From: a bacterium
GTDB taxonomy: Bacteria; SAR324; JACQKK01
Direction: 5' to 3'
Length of the DNA stretch: 64,000 nt
NCBI GenBank assembly: GCA_965240465.1
Contig: OZ251219.1
Span: 320,001-384,000 of the forward strand
The position numbers and the translations under genes were made by a program. Below the pieces are notes generated by a model. It was not told the origin of the DNA and did not search any database. It worked only from the letters and a program-made list of their open reading frames with translations. Within the stretch, counting starts at the first letter, position 1. Every line of letters starts with the position of its first letter. Positions 21,664-30,837 of the stretch are shown here, piece by piece.

Positions 21664-23547
21664 ATGCGAAAATTATCTCTCCTTTCAGCCAGTGTCTTCT
21701 CTCTATTCTTAGCCAGCTGTGGGGGCAGGGGCGGTGGGAGGTCTGCTGATACAGATTCTGATGGCATCTTTGATAGCAAGGATTCGTGCCGCAACAGCTC
21801 CACAGGCTTCATCAGCACCCCCGAAACCGACTACGATGGCGACGGCTGCAAAGATAGCACCGAAGATGTAGATGATGACGGAGATGGTTTAATAGAGCTT
21901 CACAATGCTACCGAGCTCAATAACATCCGCCATGATTTGGACGGCACTCACTATGATGACAGAACCAGTAATGAAGGCTCTAACGCGGGCTGTCCTACTA
22001 CTAATCCCGTGGGTTGCATTGGCTATGAACTAGCCGATGACATTGACTTAGCGACTGACCCTGCTACCAGCGACTGGGTACCTATTGCGGGGAATTTTAT
22101 CGCTACCTTAGAAGGCAATGGTCACAGCATCAATAACCTAACCATTGACAGAGACTCTCAATTCACGGGATTATTTGGGGTCTTGGGTTCCGAAGGCACA
22201 GTCCAAAATTTATCTTTTGTAGGAGGTTCAGTTGTTAGTAGCTATAATTCTAGCAGTTATGAGAGCTATGCGGGGGTTCTGGTAGGCAGTAGTTTTGGAA
22301 CAATATCCGATGTTTCTGCGGGGCTATCGATTTTTGCCAGCGCGGCTAGCTCTGTGGGTGGCTTGGTAGGTTATAACAAGGGAAATATCCAAAATAGCTC
22401 TGCCACTGGAAATGTCGATGGTGGTGGTGGTAGTGAAGAAGCAGTAGGCGGCTTGGTAGGTTATAATTACGGCATTATCCAGGGTAGCTCTGCTACTGGA
22501 AATGTCGGTGGTGGTGCCGGTGATAGAAACTCAGTGGGCGGCTTAGTAGGTGTTAATACTGATGGCGGCACCATTCAAGGTAGCTTTGCCACTGGAAAGG
22601 CCGATGGAGATGCTGGTGATAGAGACGTAGTGGGCGGCTTGGTAGGTTATAATTTTAGAGGCGGCAATATCGAAGATAGCTATGCCATTGGAAAGGCCGA
22701 TGGAGGTGATGGTGAGCGTGATAGGGTTGGTGGCTTGGTGGGTATCTCTTCTATTGGTAGCCTCATCCAAAACAGCTATGCCACTGGCAATGCTAATGGT
22801 GGTAAGGGTGATGATGACTATGTGGGTGGCTTAGTAGGTAGGAATTACGAAAGTGGCACCATTCAAAACAGCCACGCCATTATCCGAAACAGCTACGCCA
22901 CTGGAAAGGCCGATGGCGGTGATGGTAATGAAGACTTTGTGGGTGGCTTGGTAGGTTCTTCTAATCGTTACACCATTATTCAAAACAGCTATGCCGCTGG
23001 CAATGCTGATGGCGGTAAGGGTGATGGTGATAGAGTGGGCGGCTTGGCAGGTAATCTTGATGGTACGATCAAAAATAGCTATGCCACTGGCAATGGTAAT
23101 GGCAGCAATGGTAATGGTGACTATGTGGGTGGCTTGGTGGGATATGTTTACTTTGGAATCCTCCAGAAAAGTTATTCCCTCAGTGATGTTGATGGGGGTG
23201 CTGGAAACGATAATGTTGGCCGCTTGGTCGGATATAACGATCAGGGAACAATTAGTAGCAATTATTATTATAGTGGGGGTAGCTTAGCTAGTGGTGATAC
23301 TGAAGAAAGACTTGAAGGTACTAATGAGGCTGAGGGTAAGGACCTTACTCAACTAGGAGCGTTGGATGTTAACACCACCGTTAAGGACTTTGGGGCAGGT
23401 AACAGTTGGAGTACTAACAATTGGCAGTTCACCAATACCAAATACCCCAGCTTAAAGTCCTACAAAGAGAATTCCAGCGGTGAACAAGTTAATGGCAAGT
23501 TACTCTGTGACCAACCCACCGACTTCGTTCAATGTCCTACGCCTTAA
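21664..23547 (+). CDS. TSP3/GLUG lipoprotein copy 10
   Basis: Same N-terminal ~165 aa as copy 9; different GLUG and C-terminal region. Confidence 0.92.
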   Translation: MRKLSLLSASVFSLFLASCGGRGGGRSADTDSDGIFDSKDSCRNSSTGFISTPETDYDGDGCKDSTEDVDDDGDGLIELHNATELNNIRHDLDGTHYDDRTSNEGSNAGCPTTNPVGCIGYELADDIDLATDPATSDWVPIAGNFIATLEGNGHSINNLTIDRDSQFTGLFGVLGSEGTVQNLSFVGGSVVSSYNSSSYESYAGVLVGSSFGTISDVSAGLSIFASAASSVGGLVGYNKGNIQNSSATGNVDGGGGSEEAVGGLVGYNYGIIQGSSATGNVGGGAGDRNSVGGLVGVNTDGGTIQGSFATGKADGDAGDRDVVGGLVGYNFRGGNIEDSYAIGKADGGDGERDRVGGLVGISSIGSLIQNSYATGNANGGKGDDDYVGGLVGRNYESGTIQNSHAIIRNSYATGKADGGDGNEDFVGGLVGSSNRYTIIQNSYAAGNADGGKGDGDRVGGLAGNLDGTIKNSYATGNGNGSNGNGDYVGGLVGYVYFGILQKSYSLSDVDGGAGNDNVGRLVGYNDQGTISSNYYYSGGSLASGDTEERLEGTNEAEGKDLTQLGALDVNTTVKDFGAGNSWSTNNWQFTNTKYPSLKSYKENSSGEQVNGKLLCDQPTDFVQCPTP

Positions 23548-23671
23548 GGCTACACCCTTAAACTACCGCTTGACTCTTGCCTCCTTAATTGCTACGGTTG
23601 CTACGGTTGCTACCATGGGAGATAGCACTTTCTGGCGGCACAGCCTTTCTTAGCTACTAAAAGGACTGACC

Positions 23672-25810
23672 ATGCGAAAATTATCCCTCCTTTCAGCCAG
23701 TGTCTTCTCTCTATTCTTAGCCAGCTGTGGGGGCGGTATAGATGCATCTGGAGGCACTGATACAGATTCTGATGGCATCTTTGATAGCAAGGATTCGTGC
23801 CGCAACAGCCCCACAGGCTTCATCAGCACCCCCGAAACCGACTACGATGGCGACGGCTGCAAAGATAATAGCAAAGAAGACCTCGATGACGACAATGATA
23901 GGGTAACCGATGATACTGACAAATGCGACAAAGGCACCCTTGGCTTCATCAGCACCCCCGAAACCGACTACGATGGCGACGGCTGCAAAGATAATAGCAA
24001 AGAAGACCTCGATGACGACAATGACGGCGTATACGATGTTAATGCAGAAGGCCACAAGCTAGACAAATGCCCCAAAGGCAGTTTATTCAAAAGCATAAGC
24101 ACCAGCACTGACCCCAACGTAACTATCACCGACTACGATGGCGATGGTTGCAAAGATGACGACATTGAAGACAATGATGACGACAATGATGAGGTCAATG
24201 ATGTTGATGGCGATGGCAACATTGTAGACCTATGCCGAAAAAGTGCTAATAAGAAATTTGTCAGCAACGACACCACCGACCGCGACCGCGACGGCTGCGA
24301 AGATGCCAATGACGAAGATCAAGATGATGGCAGTGGCAAGGATGAAGATAATGATGGCAAATTTGGCACTGACCCCAATAACTCCACTATTGAGCTTGAT
24401 AAATGTGAAAACGGCGATAAAGGCTGGACTAGTCAACCCAGCACCGACGAAGATGATGATGGTTGTCAGGATGATGGCGAAGATGTGGATAAAGACAATG
24501 ACGGTCTAATAGAGATTAACGATGCTTTAGAGCTAAACAACATCCGCTATGATTTGGCAGGCACTAGCTATGATGATAACACAGGTGAACCGTCTAGTAC
24601 TGGCTGTCCCTCTGCGGGTTGCAGTGGCTATGAACTAGCGAATGACATTACTTTTGAAGACCCAAACATCATCCCTAGCAACTGGGACCCAATTGGTGAC
24701 GACAGCAACCCTTTTACCGCTACCTTAGAAGGCAATGACAATACCATCCGCAACCTTGTTATAGTCAATAGTACCCAAACAGATTCCGGATTTTTTATAA
24801 AACTGGATGGGACAGTCCAAAACTTGTCCTTTGAAGAAGGTTCAGTTACCAATACGTACACCGATGACATTAGCGACAGCACTACAGGGGTTCTGGCAAG
24901 CTATAATAGTAGAACTGGAACAATATACAATGTTTCTATTGGGCTCTCTATCTCTGCCGCTGATAGAAGAAACATTGTAGGTAGCTCGGTAGCTAGTAAT
25001 ATAGGTAGCTTGGTAGCTAGTAATAGAGGCACCATCCGAGATAGTTCTGCTACCGGAAATGTTGTTGGCAGTGCCGGTAACAATGACCGGGTAGGTGGCT
25101 TGGTAGGTGTAAATTACGTTGCTGGTACCATCAGAAATAGCTATGCTGCTGGCAATGTTTATGGAAGGGATGGTAATGATTTTGTGGGCGGCTTGGTAGG
25201 TTCTTCTTATGGTACCATCGGAAATAGCTATGCCACTGGCAATGTTTATGGAGAAGGTGGTAATGACCAGGTAGGTGGCTTGCTGGGTTCTGGTGATGGT
25301 GCCATCAGAAATAGCTATGCCACTGGCAATGTTGATGGCGGTACTGGCGATGACTCTGTGGGTGGCTTGCTGGGATATGCTGATAATAAATATGCTTATG
25401 TAACCCTCAGTAACAGTTATTCCTTAGGCAATGTTGATGGAGGGGATGGTAGCGATACAGTGGGACGCTTGCTCGGCAAAAAAGGCACTGGACCTGAGAC
25501 AATTGCAATTACCAACAACTATTATAATAGTGGTAGCACCCTAACCGTCTCTGGCGAGGATACCGAACTAACCCTTGTAGCCGCTGAGGCTAAGGACAAA
25601 ACCAGCCCCGACCTAAAAACCTTGACTGCCAACACCACCGAAGCTGACTTTGGTGCGAATAATCGCTGGAATGTATTCAACTGGGATTTTGGTTCAACAA
25701 GCCAATACCCCAGTCTGAGGTCTTATGAAAAGAATTCCAGTGGTAACCAAATTAAGGGTGGATTACTCTGTAACCAACCCACCGACTTCGTTCAGTGTTC
25801 TACAAACTAG
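23672..25810 (+). CDS. TSP3/GLUG lipoprotein copy 11
   Basis: MRKLSLLSASVFSLFLASC lipobox; family motifs present. Confidence 0.92.
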   Translation: MRKLSLLSASVFSLFLASCGGGIDASGGTDTDSDGIFDSKDSCRNSPTGFISTPETDYDGDGCKDNSKEDLDDDNDRVTDDTDKCDKGTLGFISTPETDYDGDGCKDNSKEDLDDDNDGVYDVNAEGHKLDKCPKGSLFKSISTSTDPNVTITDYDGDGCKDDDIEDNDDDNDEVNDVDGDGNIVDLCRKSANKKFVSNDTTDRDRDGCEDANDEDQDDGSGKDEDNDGKFGTDPNNSTIELDKCENGDKGWTSQPSTDEDDDGCQDDGEDVDKDNDGLIEINDALELNNIRYDLAGTSYDDNTGEPSSTGCPSAGCSGYELANDITFEDPNIIPSNWDPIGDDSNPFTATLEGNDNTIRNLVIVNSTQTDSGFFIKLDGTVQNLSFEEGSVTNTYTDDISDSTTGVLASYNSRTGTIYNVSIGLSISAADRRNIVGSSVASNIGSLVASNRGTIRDSSATGNVVGSAGNNDRVGGLVGVNYVAGTIRNSYAAGNVYGRDGNDFVGGLVGSSYGTIGNSYATGNVYGEGGNDQVGGLLGSGDGAIRNSYATGNVDGGTGDDSVGGLLGYADNKYAYVTLSNSYSLGNVDGGDGSDTVGRLLGKKGTGPETIAITNNYYNSGSTLTVSGEDTELTLVAAEAKDKTSPDLKTLTANTTEADFGANNRWNVFNWDFGSTSQYPSLRSYEKNSSGNQIKGGLLCNQPTDFVQCSTN

Positions 25811-25868
25811 GCTAGACCCCCCCCCCCCCCTCCCCGACTGCTTGAAAAAGGCAGCCGAGCATTCTTCT

Positions 25869-25902
25869 GGGAGTGAGCTATACTCACTCCCTTTCTTTTT
25901 TT
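25869..25902 (+). terminator. Array-type intrinsic terminator
   Basis: GGGAGTGAG-ctata-CTCACTCCC plus T-tract. Confidence 0.9.
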
Positions 25903-25990
25903 GGGGACTGCATTTTGCTCTTTTAAGCACTTGATAAACTTATCGCCAATGAAGTTCTGGCTGACTGTGTTCAGTGTGTAACCACTAAAC

Positions 25991-26019
25991 TTGACAGTAG
26001 CTAATTTTTGGTGCATAAT
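25991..26019 (+). promoter_or_regulatory. Putative sigma70 promoter for copy 12 (duplicate of 12861-12889)
   Basis: TTGACA-17 bp-CATAAT. Confidence 0.7.
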
Positions 26020-26130
26020 AGGCAGTATGGGTTGTCTTGTGCTCTAAGGTACATCACCCCAAGGTACATCAATTTGTGACGGTTTATGTTAGATCATATC
26101 AGTCAAAATTAACGGATAGTAGGAAACTCA

Positions 26131-27846
26131 ATGAAAAAATTATCATTACTCTCAAGCATTTTTGTTATCACTCTGTTCTTAGCCAGCTGTGGCGGTAGTA
26201 AAGATAAGAAAGGTGTTGTAGACCCTGTTACTGATACCGATGGCGATGGAATCAACGATTTTGAGGCAGATGGCACCACCAAGCTAGATAGATGCCAATC
26301 AAGCGAAGACACCACCTTTAGAAGCACGGCCACCAACGACCGCGATCGCGACGGCTGCAAAGATGACGGCGAAGACAAAGATGACGACAATGATGGGATC
26401 AACGATGTTGATATAAACGGCAACGAGCTAGATAAATGTCCTTTTGAAAAACCCACTACCGATGATAATGGCGACGGCTGCGAAGACACCTCTACTGATA
26501 GCGATGGCGATAACATAAACGACGACATTGACGTGGATGATGACAACAACGGTCTGATAGAACTCACCGCTACTACCCTAACCAACATCCGCTACCAACT
26601 GGACGGCACTACCTATAAAACAAATGCCAGCGATACAGGCTCTACCATGGGTTGTTCTACTGTTGATCCCATAGGTTGCAATGGCTATGAAATAACCAAT
26701 GACCTTGATCTTGTTGGCAACTTTGAACCCGTTGCAGGGAATTTCATCGCTATATTTGACGGCAATAATAATACCATCAATGACCTAACCATTGACAATA
26801 GCACTCAGTACACTGGCTTCTTCACTACGGTGGCTTCTGCTGGTGAAGTAAGAAGTATAAACTTTGTTGGTGGCTCAATCACCAGTAGCTTTACCAGTGA
26901 TTCAAACAATGTTAGCTATGTGGGAGTTCTGGCAGGCAAGAATGAGGGAACAGTATCCGATATTTCTGCCAATCTTTCGGTTTCTATTGGTGCGGGCATA
27001 AGTAACAATACAGGTGGCTTGATAGGCGAAAATAGTGGTATCCTGCAGGACAGCCAATCTTCTGGCAATATCAGCGGCGGTACCGGTAACAATGATAATG
27101 TGGGTGGCTTGGTAGGTTCCAATAATGGTGGCACCATCCAAAACAGCCGAGCCACTGGCAATGCCAGCGGCGGTACCGGTAACATTGATAGTGTGGGTGG
27201 CTTGGCAGGTACAAATAAATCCAGTACTAGCATTATCCGAAACAGTTATGCGGTCGGTTCTGCCAAGGGTAATGCTGGTGAGGATGATAATGTGGGTGGC
27301 TTGGTAGGTTTTAATGGTAGCACCATCCAGAACAGTTATGCTATCGGTTCTGCCAACGGTGGTAGTGGTAATGACTATGTGGGTGGCTTAGTGGGATTTA
27401 TTTCTCAAGGAACCATCCTGAACAGTTATGCCTTAGGCGATGTGAATGGGGACAATGGAGCAGCCAGTGATAGAGTGGGTGGCTTAGTTGGTAAGGTGCT
27501 GGTTGGTACGATTTCAGGTAACTATTTTGATAGTGATAGTGGATTAATTGGTAATGAAAAAGAAACCTTTGCAGCTTCCGAAGCTCTGGGCAAAACCAGC
27601 GACCAGCTGAAAGCCATCAACAATGTTGCCCCCACTACTAATACTACTTGCACTAGTGCTGGGGGAACTTGGGATGGCACTGCATGCACCGATGGGCATC
27701 TGAACCTTAGTACCAACAACTGGGATTTCACTGCTGACAAATACCCCAGCCTGAAGTCCTACAAAGAAGATGCTAGCGATGTCCAAGTTGAGGGTGTTTT
27801 ACTCTGTAACCAATCCACCGACTTCGTTCAGTGTACTACAAACTAG
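26131..27846 (+). CDS. TSP3/GLUG lipoprotein copy 12
   Basis: MKKLSLLSSIFVITLFLASC lipobox; family motifs present. Confidence 0.92.
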   Translation: MKKLSLLSSIFVITLFLASCGGSKDKKGVVDPVTDTDGDGINDFEADGTTKLDRCQSSEDTTFRSTATNDRDRDGCKDDGEDKDDDNDGINDVDINGNELDKCPFEKPTTDDNGDGCEDTSTDSDGDNINDDIDVDDDNNGLIELTATTLTNIRYQLDGTTYKTNASDTGSTMGCSTVDPIGCNGYEITNDLDLVGNFEPVAGNFIAIFDGNNNTINDLTIDNSTQYTGFFTTVASAGEVRSINFVGGSITSSFTSDSNNVSYVGVLAGKNEGTVSDISANLSVSIGAGISNNTGGLIGENSGILQDSQSSGNISGGTGNNDNVGGLVGSNNGGTIQNSRATGNASGGTGNIDSVGGLAGTNKSSTSIIRNSYAVGSAKGNAGEDDNVGGLVGFNGSTIQNSYAIGSANGGSGNDYVGGLVGFISQGTILNSYALGDVNGDNGAASDRVGGLVGKVLVGTISGNYFDSDSGLIGNEKETFAASEALGKTSDQLKAINNVAPTTNTTCTSAGGTWDGTACTDGHLNLSTNNWDFTADKYPSLKSYKEDASDVQVEGVLLCNQSTDFVQCTTN

Positions 27847-27892
27847 GCTAGACCCCCCCCCCAACTGCTTGAAAAATAGAGCAGACCATTTT

Positions 27893-27925
27893 GGGAGTGA
27901 GTTAATACTCACTCCCTTTTTCTTT
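27893..27925 (+). terminator. Array-type intrinsic terminator
   Basis: GGGAGTGAGT-taat-ACTCACTCCC plus T-tract. Confidence 0.9.
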
Positions 27926-27955
27926 CTGGGGGGACAACCAATCTCTTTTAAGCAC

Positions 27956-27984
27956 TTGACAAACTGATCGCGATACCCTACACT
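27956..27984 (+). promoter_or_regulatory. Putative sigma70 promoter driving the non-coding segment
   Basis: TTGACA(27956-61)-17 bp-TACACT(27979-84), just after the copy 12 terminator. Confidence 0.6.
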
Positions 27985-27990
27985 CACATT

Positions 27991-28625
27991 ATCAAAACAT
28001 TTTTAGTGATCCAAACTGCAGTTATGCCGAACCTAGGCTGGTAAGGATAGGTTCGCTAAGGGTTTTAGATAACGAATGAAAGGGGATTGGTGGGTAGTGA
28101 CCGCCTGAGGTTCCGTCATACCGAAGGGTGGATCATGTGTGTCCTTTGTTGCCTTTTGGCATATGTTTTGGCACACGCAAATGACGAGGAAGATGAGGAG
28201 GTAGATTGCACCGAAATCTCTTCTCCCCTCCGCAAATGAGTAGAACTTAGGCAAGTCCTAGATTCCTGCCATTAAGGGATTAAAACGCGGATCAAGCAGT
28301 CGCAGAAACACTAGCGGGAGTTTAATAGCTCCGAAGGTCGTGGAACGCCGTTTCTGTTTTGGTGAGTACTTTTAGTACTTTTTCCAAGGTATAATTTCAC
28401 GCCTAGTACCGAGCTGGGACTGAGCAATTTTAATTAATTGCCAGAGCGAAAGCGAACGTCAGTCTCGGTTCACTTAGTGGCATCCTTTCGGTAGCCACTA
28501 GCGAAGCTGAGGTCGTCATTGCAAACCGTAAGACTTCGCGGGAGGACCGTGCCATCATCTCAGGGTGAGGATTTTTGAGAATAATGGAGCAAGCGATGAC
28601 ATTCCTCACCAAGCCTCTTTCATTC
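27991..28625 (+). ncRNA. Candidate large structured non-coding RNA (family not recognised)
   Basis: No credible ORF; upstream promoter; long end-to-end stem 28074-28101/28598-28625 with G-U pairs on the + strand; many nested internal helices. Confidence 0.55.
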
Positions 28626-28721
28626 TACCCCCCCCGACTGCACCTTAGGCTACCTCCCCCCCCTCACCTTGATTTCTCCATCACCCTGCTCTTAAAGGCA
28701 TGCCAGATGGCAGAAGATAAC

Positions 28722-28750
28722 TTGACAACACCCCCTCTGCCTGCCATGAT
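28722..28750 (+). promoter_or_regulatory. Putative sigma70 promoter for copy 13
   Basis: TTGACA-17 bp-CATGAT; GGAGG SD before ATG 28818. Confidence 0.6.
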
Positions 28751-28817
28751 GAAGACTGGCGATTTCTCAAAGCTGAGGAATGCCCTAGCCTTTCGCATCC
28801 ATATCGGAGGATTTCTG

Positions 28818-30791
28818 ATGAAAGAATTATCATTACTATCAGCCAGTTGTATTCTGGCTCTATTTTTAGCTAGCTGCGGGGGGGGTAGTAGCGGGGGGGG
28901 GGGTGGCGGCGGGGTTGTAGATACCGATGGCGATGGCATACCCGACAGCAAGGATTTATGCAAAAATAGCATTGACGAGAACTTCATCAGCAGTAGCACC
29001 ACCGACGCCGACAAGGACGGTTGCAAAGATGACGACCCTAACGGAGAAGACCAAGATCGTGGTAATGGTAAAGACAAAGATAATGATGGCAAGGTAGGTG
29101 CTGATGATAAATGTCCGCAAGGTGAAACTAACTGGACGAGCATAAGCACTAGCACTGACCCCGCTGTAACTATCACCGACAATGACAGCGATGGTTGTCG
29201 GGATGCTGGCGAGGATGTAGATGACGACAATAACGGTCTAATAGAAATTGCCACTGCTCTGGAGCTAAACAACATCCGCCACGATTTGGACGGCACTCAC
29301 TATGATGAAGATGAAGATGACAGCACCAATATAGGCTCTAATACGGGTTGTTCTACTACTAATCCCGTAGGTTGCAATGGCTACGAACTAGCTGGCGACA
29401 TTGATATTTCTTCCATTATCAACTTTGTTCCCATTGGTAGCTTACCCGATCCTTTTTCTGCTATCTTACAAGGTAATGATTATACCATCAGTAACCTAAA
29501 AATTGCCACCGACAATCCCACCAGATTCACGGGCTTTTTTGCGGTTTTGGGTACTAATAGCACGGTACGGAACTTGTCCTTTGAAATGGGTTCAGTTTCC
29601 AGTAGCAACGGTAATGCTACTTTTGATAATGTCAACTATGTGGGGGTTCTGGCAGGCACAAATAAAGGAACAATATCGGGTGTTTCTGCTGATATATCAG
29701 TTTCTGCCAGTGAAGATACCTTTAACTATGTAGGTGGCTTGGTAAGTCATAATAGTGGCACCATCAGTTCTAGCCATGCCACTGGCTCTGCCACTGTCTC
29801 TGCTGCCGGTGGTAAACTTAGTCTAGTGGGTGGCTTGGTAAGTGCAAATTTTGGCATCATCAGTTCTAGCTCTGCCACTGGCTCTGCCACTGGCGGTGGT
29901 GTTGGTAATAACTGGGTAGGTGGCTTGGTAGGTTATAATTCATCCACCATCCAAGATAGTTATGCCACTGGCTTTGCCACTGGCGGTGCTAATAGTGACT
30001 TTGTCGGTGGCTTGGTAGGTGATAATTTTAGTGGCACCATCAGTTCTAGCCATGCCACTGGCAAGGCTGATGGCGGTGGTGGTGGTGACTTTGTCGGTGG
30101 CTTGGTAGGTTATCATGAGTTTCACACCACCATCATCAGAAATAGCTATGCCACTGGCAAGGCTGATGGCGGTGCTGGTGATGACATTGTCGGTGGCTTG
30201 GTAGGTTCGAATGAGAATACCATCAAGAATAGCTATGCCACTGGCAAGGCTGATGGCGGTGCTGGTGATGACATTGTCGGTGGCTTAGTGGGATTTATTG
30301 CTAATGCTTCCACAACCATCAGTAACAGTTACGCCTTAGGAACTGTTGATGGAGGTGCTGACGGCGATGAAGTGGGTCGCTTGCTTGGCAAAAAAGGGAC
30401 TGGTAGTATTGGGACAATTACAATTACCAGCAACTATTATGATAGTGGTAGTAGCTTAACTGGCGAAAGTCCCCTATCCCTTCCAGATACCGAAGCTCTG
30501 GGCAGGACCAAAGCCCGGCTGAAAGCCAACAACAATGTTGCCCCCGATAGTGATACTGCTTGCAGTAGTGCTGGGGGAACTTGGAGTAGTGCTGCATGCA
30601 CCTATGGGCATCTGGACTTTAGTACCGACAACTGGGATTTCACTGCTGACAAATACCCCAGCCTGAGGTCTTATAAGACTACCACTGATACCAGCACCCC
30701 CCCCGTGGTCACCCAAATCGCAGGCGATCTGCTCTGTGGGCAATTACCCGAAGCTGACTTCGTTCAGTGTCCCCCCTCCACTACGCCTTAG
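28818..30791 (+). CDS. TSP3/GLUG lipoprotein copy 13
   Basis: MKELSLLSASCILALFLASC lipobox after GGAGG (ORF-track start 28575 is too far upstream); family motifs present. Confidence 0.92.
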   Translation: MKELSLLSASCILALFLASCGGGSSGGGGGGGVVDTDGDGIPDSKDLCKNSIDENFISSSTTDADKDGCKDDDPNGEDQDRGNGKDKDNDGKVGADDKCPQGETNWTSISTSTDPAVTITDNDSDGCRDAGEDVDDDNNGLIEIATALELNNIRHDLDGTHYDEDEDDSTNIGSNTGCSTTNPVGCNGYELAGDIDISSIINFVPIGSLPDPFSAILQGNDYTISNLKIATDNPTRFTGFFAVLGTNSTVRNLSFEMGSVSSSNGNATFDNVNYVGVLAGTNKGTISGVSADISVSASEDTFNYVGGLVSHNSGTISSSHATGSATVSAAGGKLSLVGGLVSANFGIISSSSATGSATGGGVGNNWVGGLVGYNSSTIQDSYATGFATGGANSDFVGGLVGDNFSGTISSSHATGKADGGGGGDFVGGLVGYHEFHTTIIRNSYATGKADGGAGDDIVGGLVGSNENTIKNSYATGKADGGAGDDIVGGLVGFIANASTTISNSYALGTVDGGADGDEVGRLLGKKGTGSIGTITITSNYYDSGSSLTGESPLSLPDTEALGRTKARLKANNNVAPDSDTACSSAGGTWSSAACTYGHLDFSTDNWDFTADKYPSLRSYKTTTDTSTPPVVTQIAGDLLCGQLPEADFVQCPPSTTP

Positions 30792-30837
30792 GCTAGCCCC
30801 CCTCCCCCGACTGCTTGAAGAAGTCAGCCGAGCATTT

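Noticed and set aside
27991-28625. Identification of the structured segment as RNase P RNA, tmRNA, group I/II intron or a MITE
   Set aside because: No GAGGAAAGUCC core, no tRNA-like ends and no group II domain V. A P7-like GGGACTGA/TCAGTCTC helix exists, but no convincing P3/P4 context or host exon. The terminal pairing uses G-U and no target-site duplication was seen.
28033-28817. ORFs 28033..28254(-) and 28430..28612(-), and the N-terminal extension 28575..28817 of copy 13
   Set aside because: No recognisable protein features; SD, promoter and lipobox place the real start at 28818
193-30743. Numerous minus-strand and alternate-frame ORFs inside the lipoprotein genes
   Set aside because: Shadow ORFs of low-complexity Asp/Gly codon repeats (Ser/Pro/Thr-rich antisense), with no independent signals
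1-30791. Diversity-generating retroelement, shufflon or integron behind the paralogue array
   Set aside because: No reverse transcriptase, invertase or integrase; no adenine-specific TR/VR pair; all genes are full-length and co-oriented; spacers lack a recognisable attC layout
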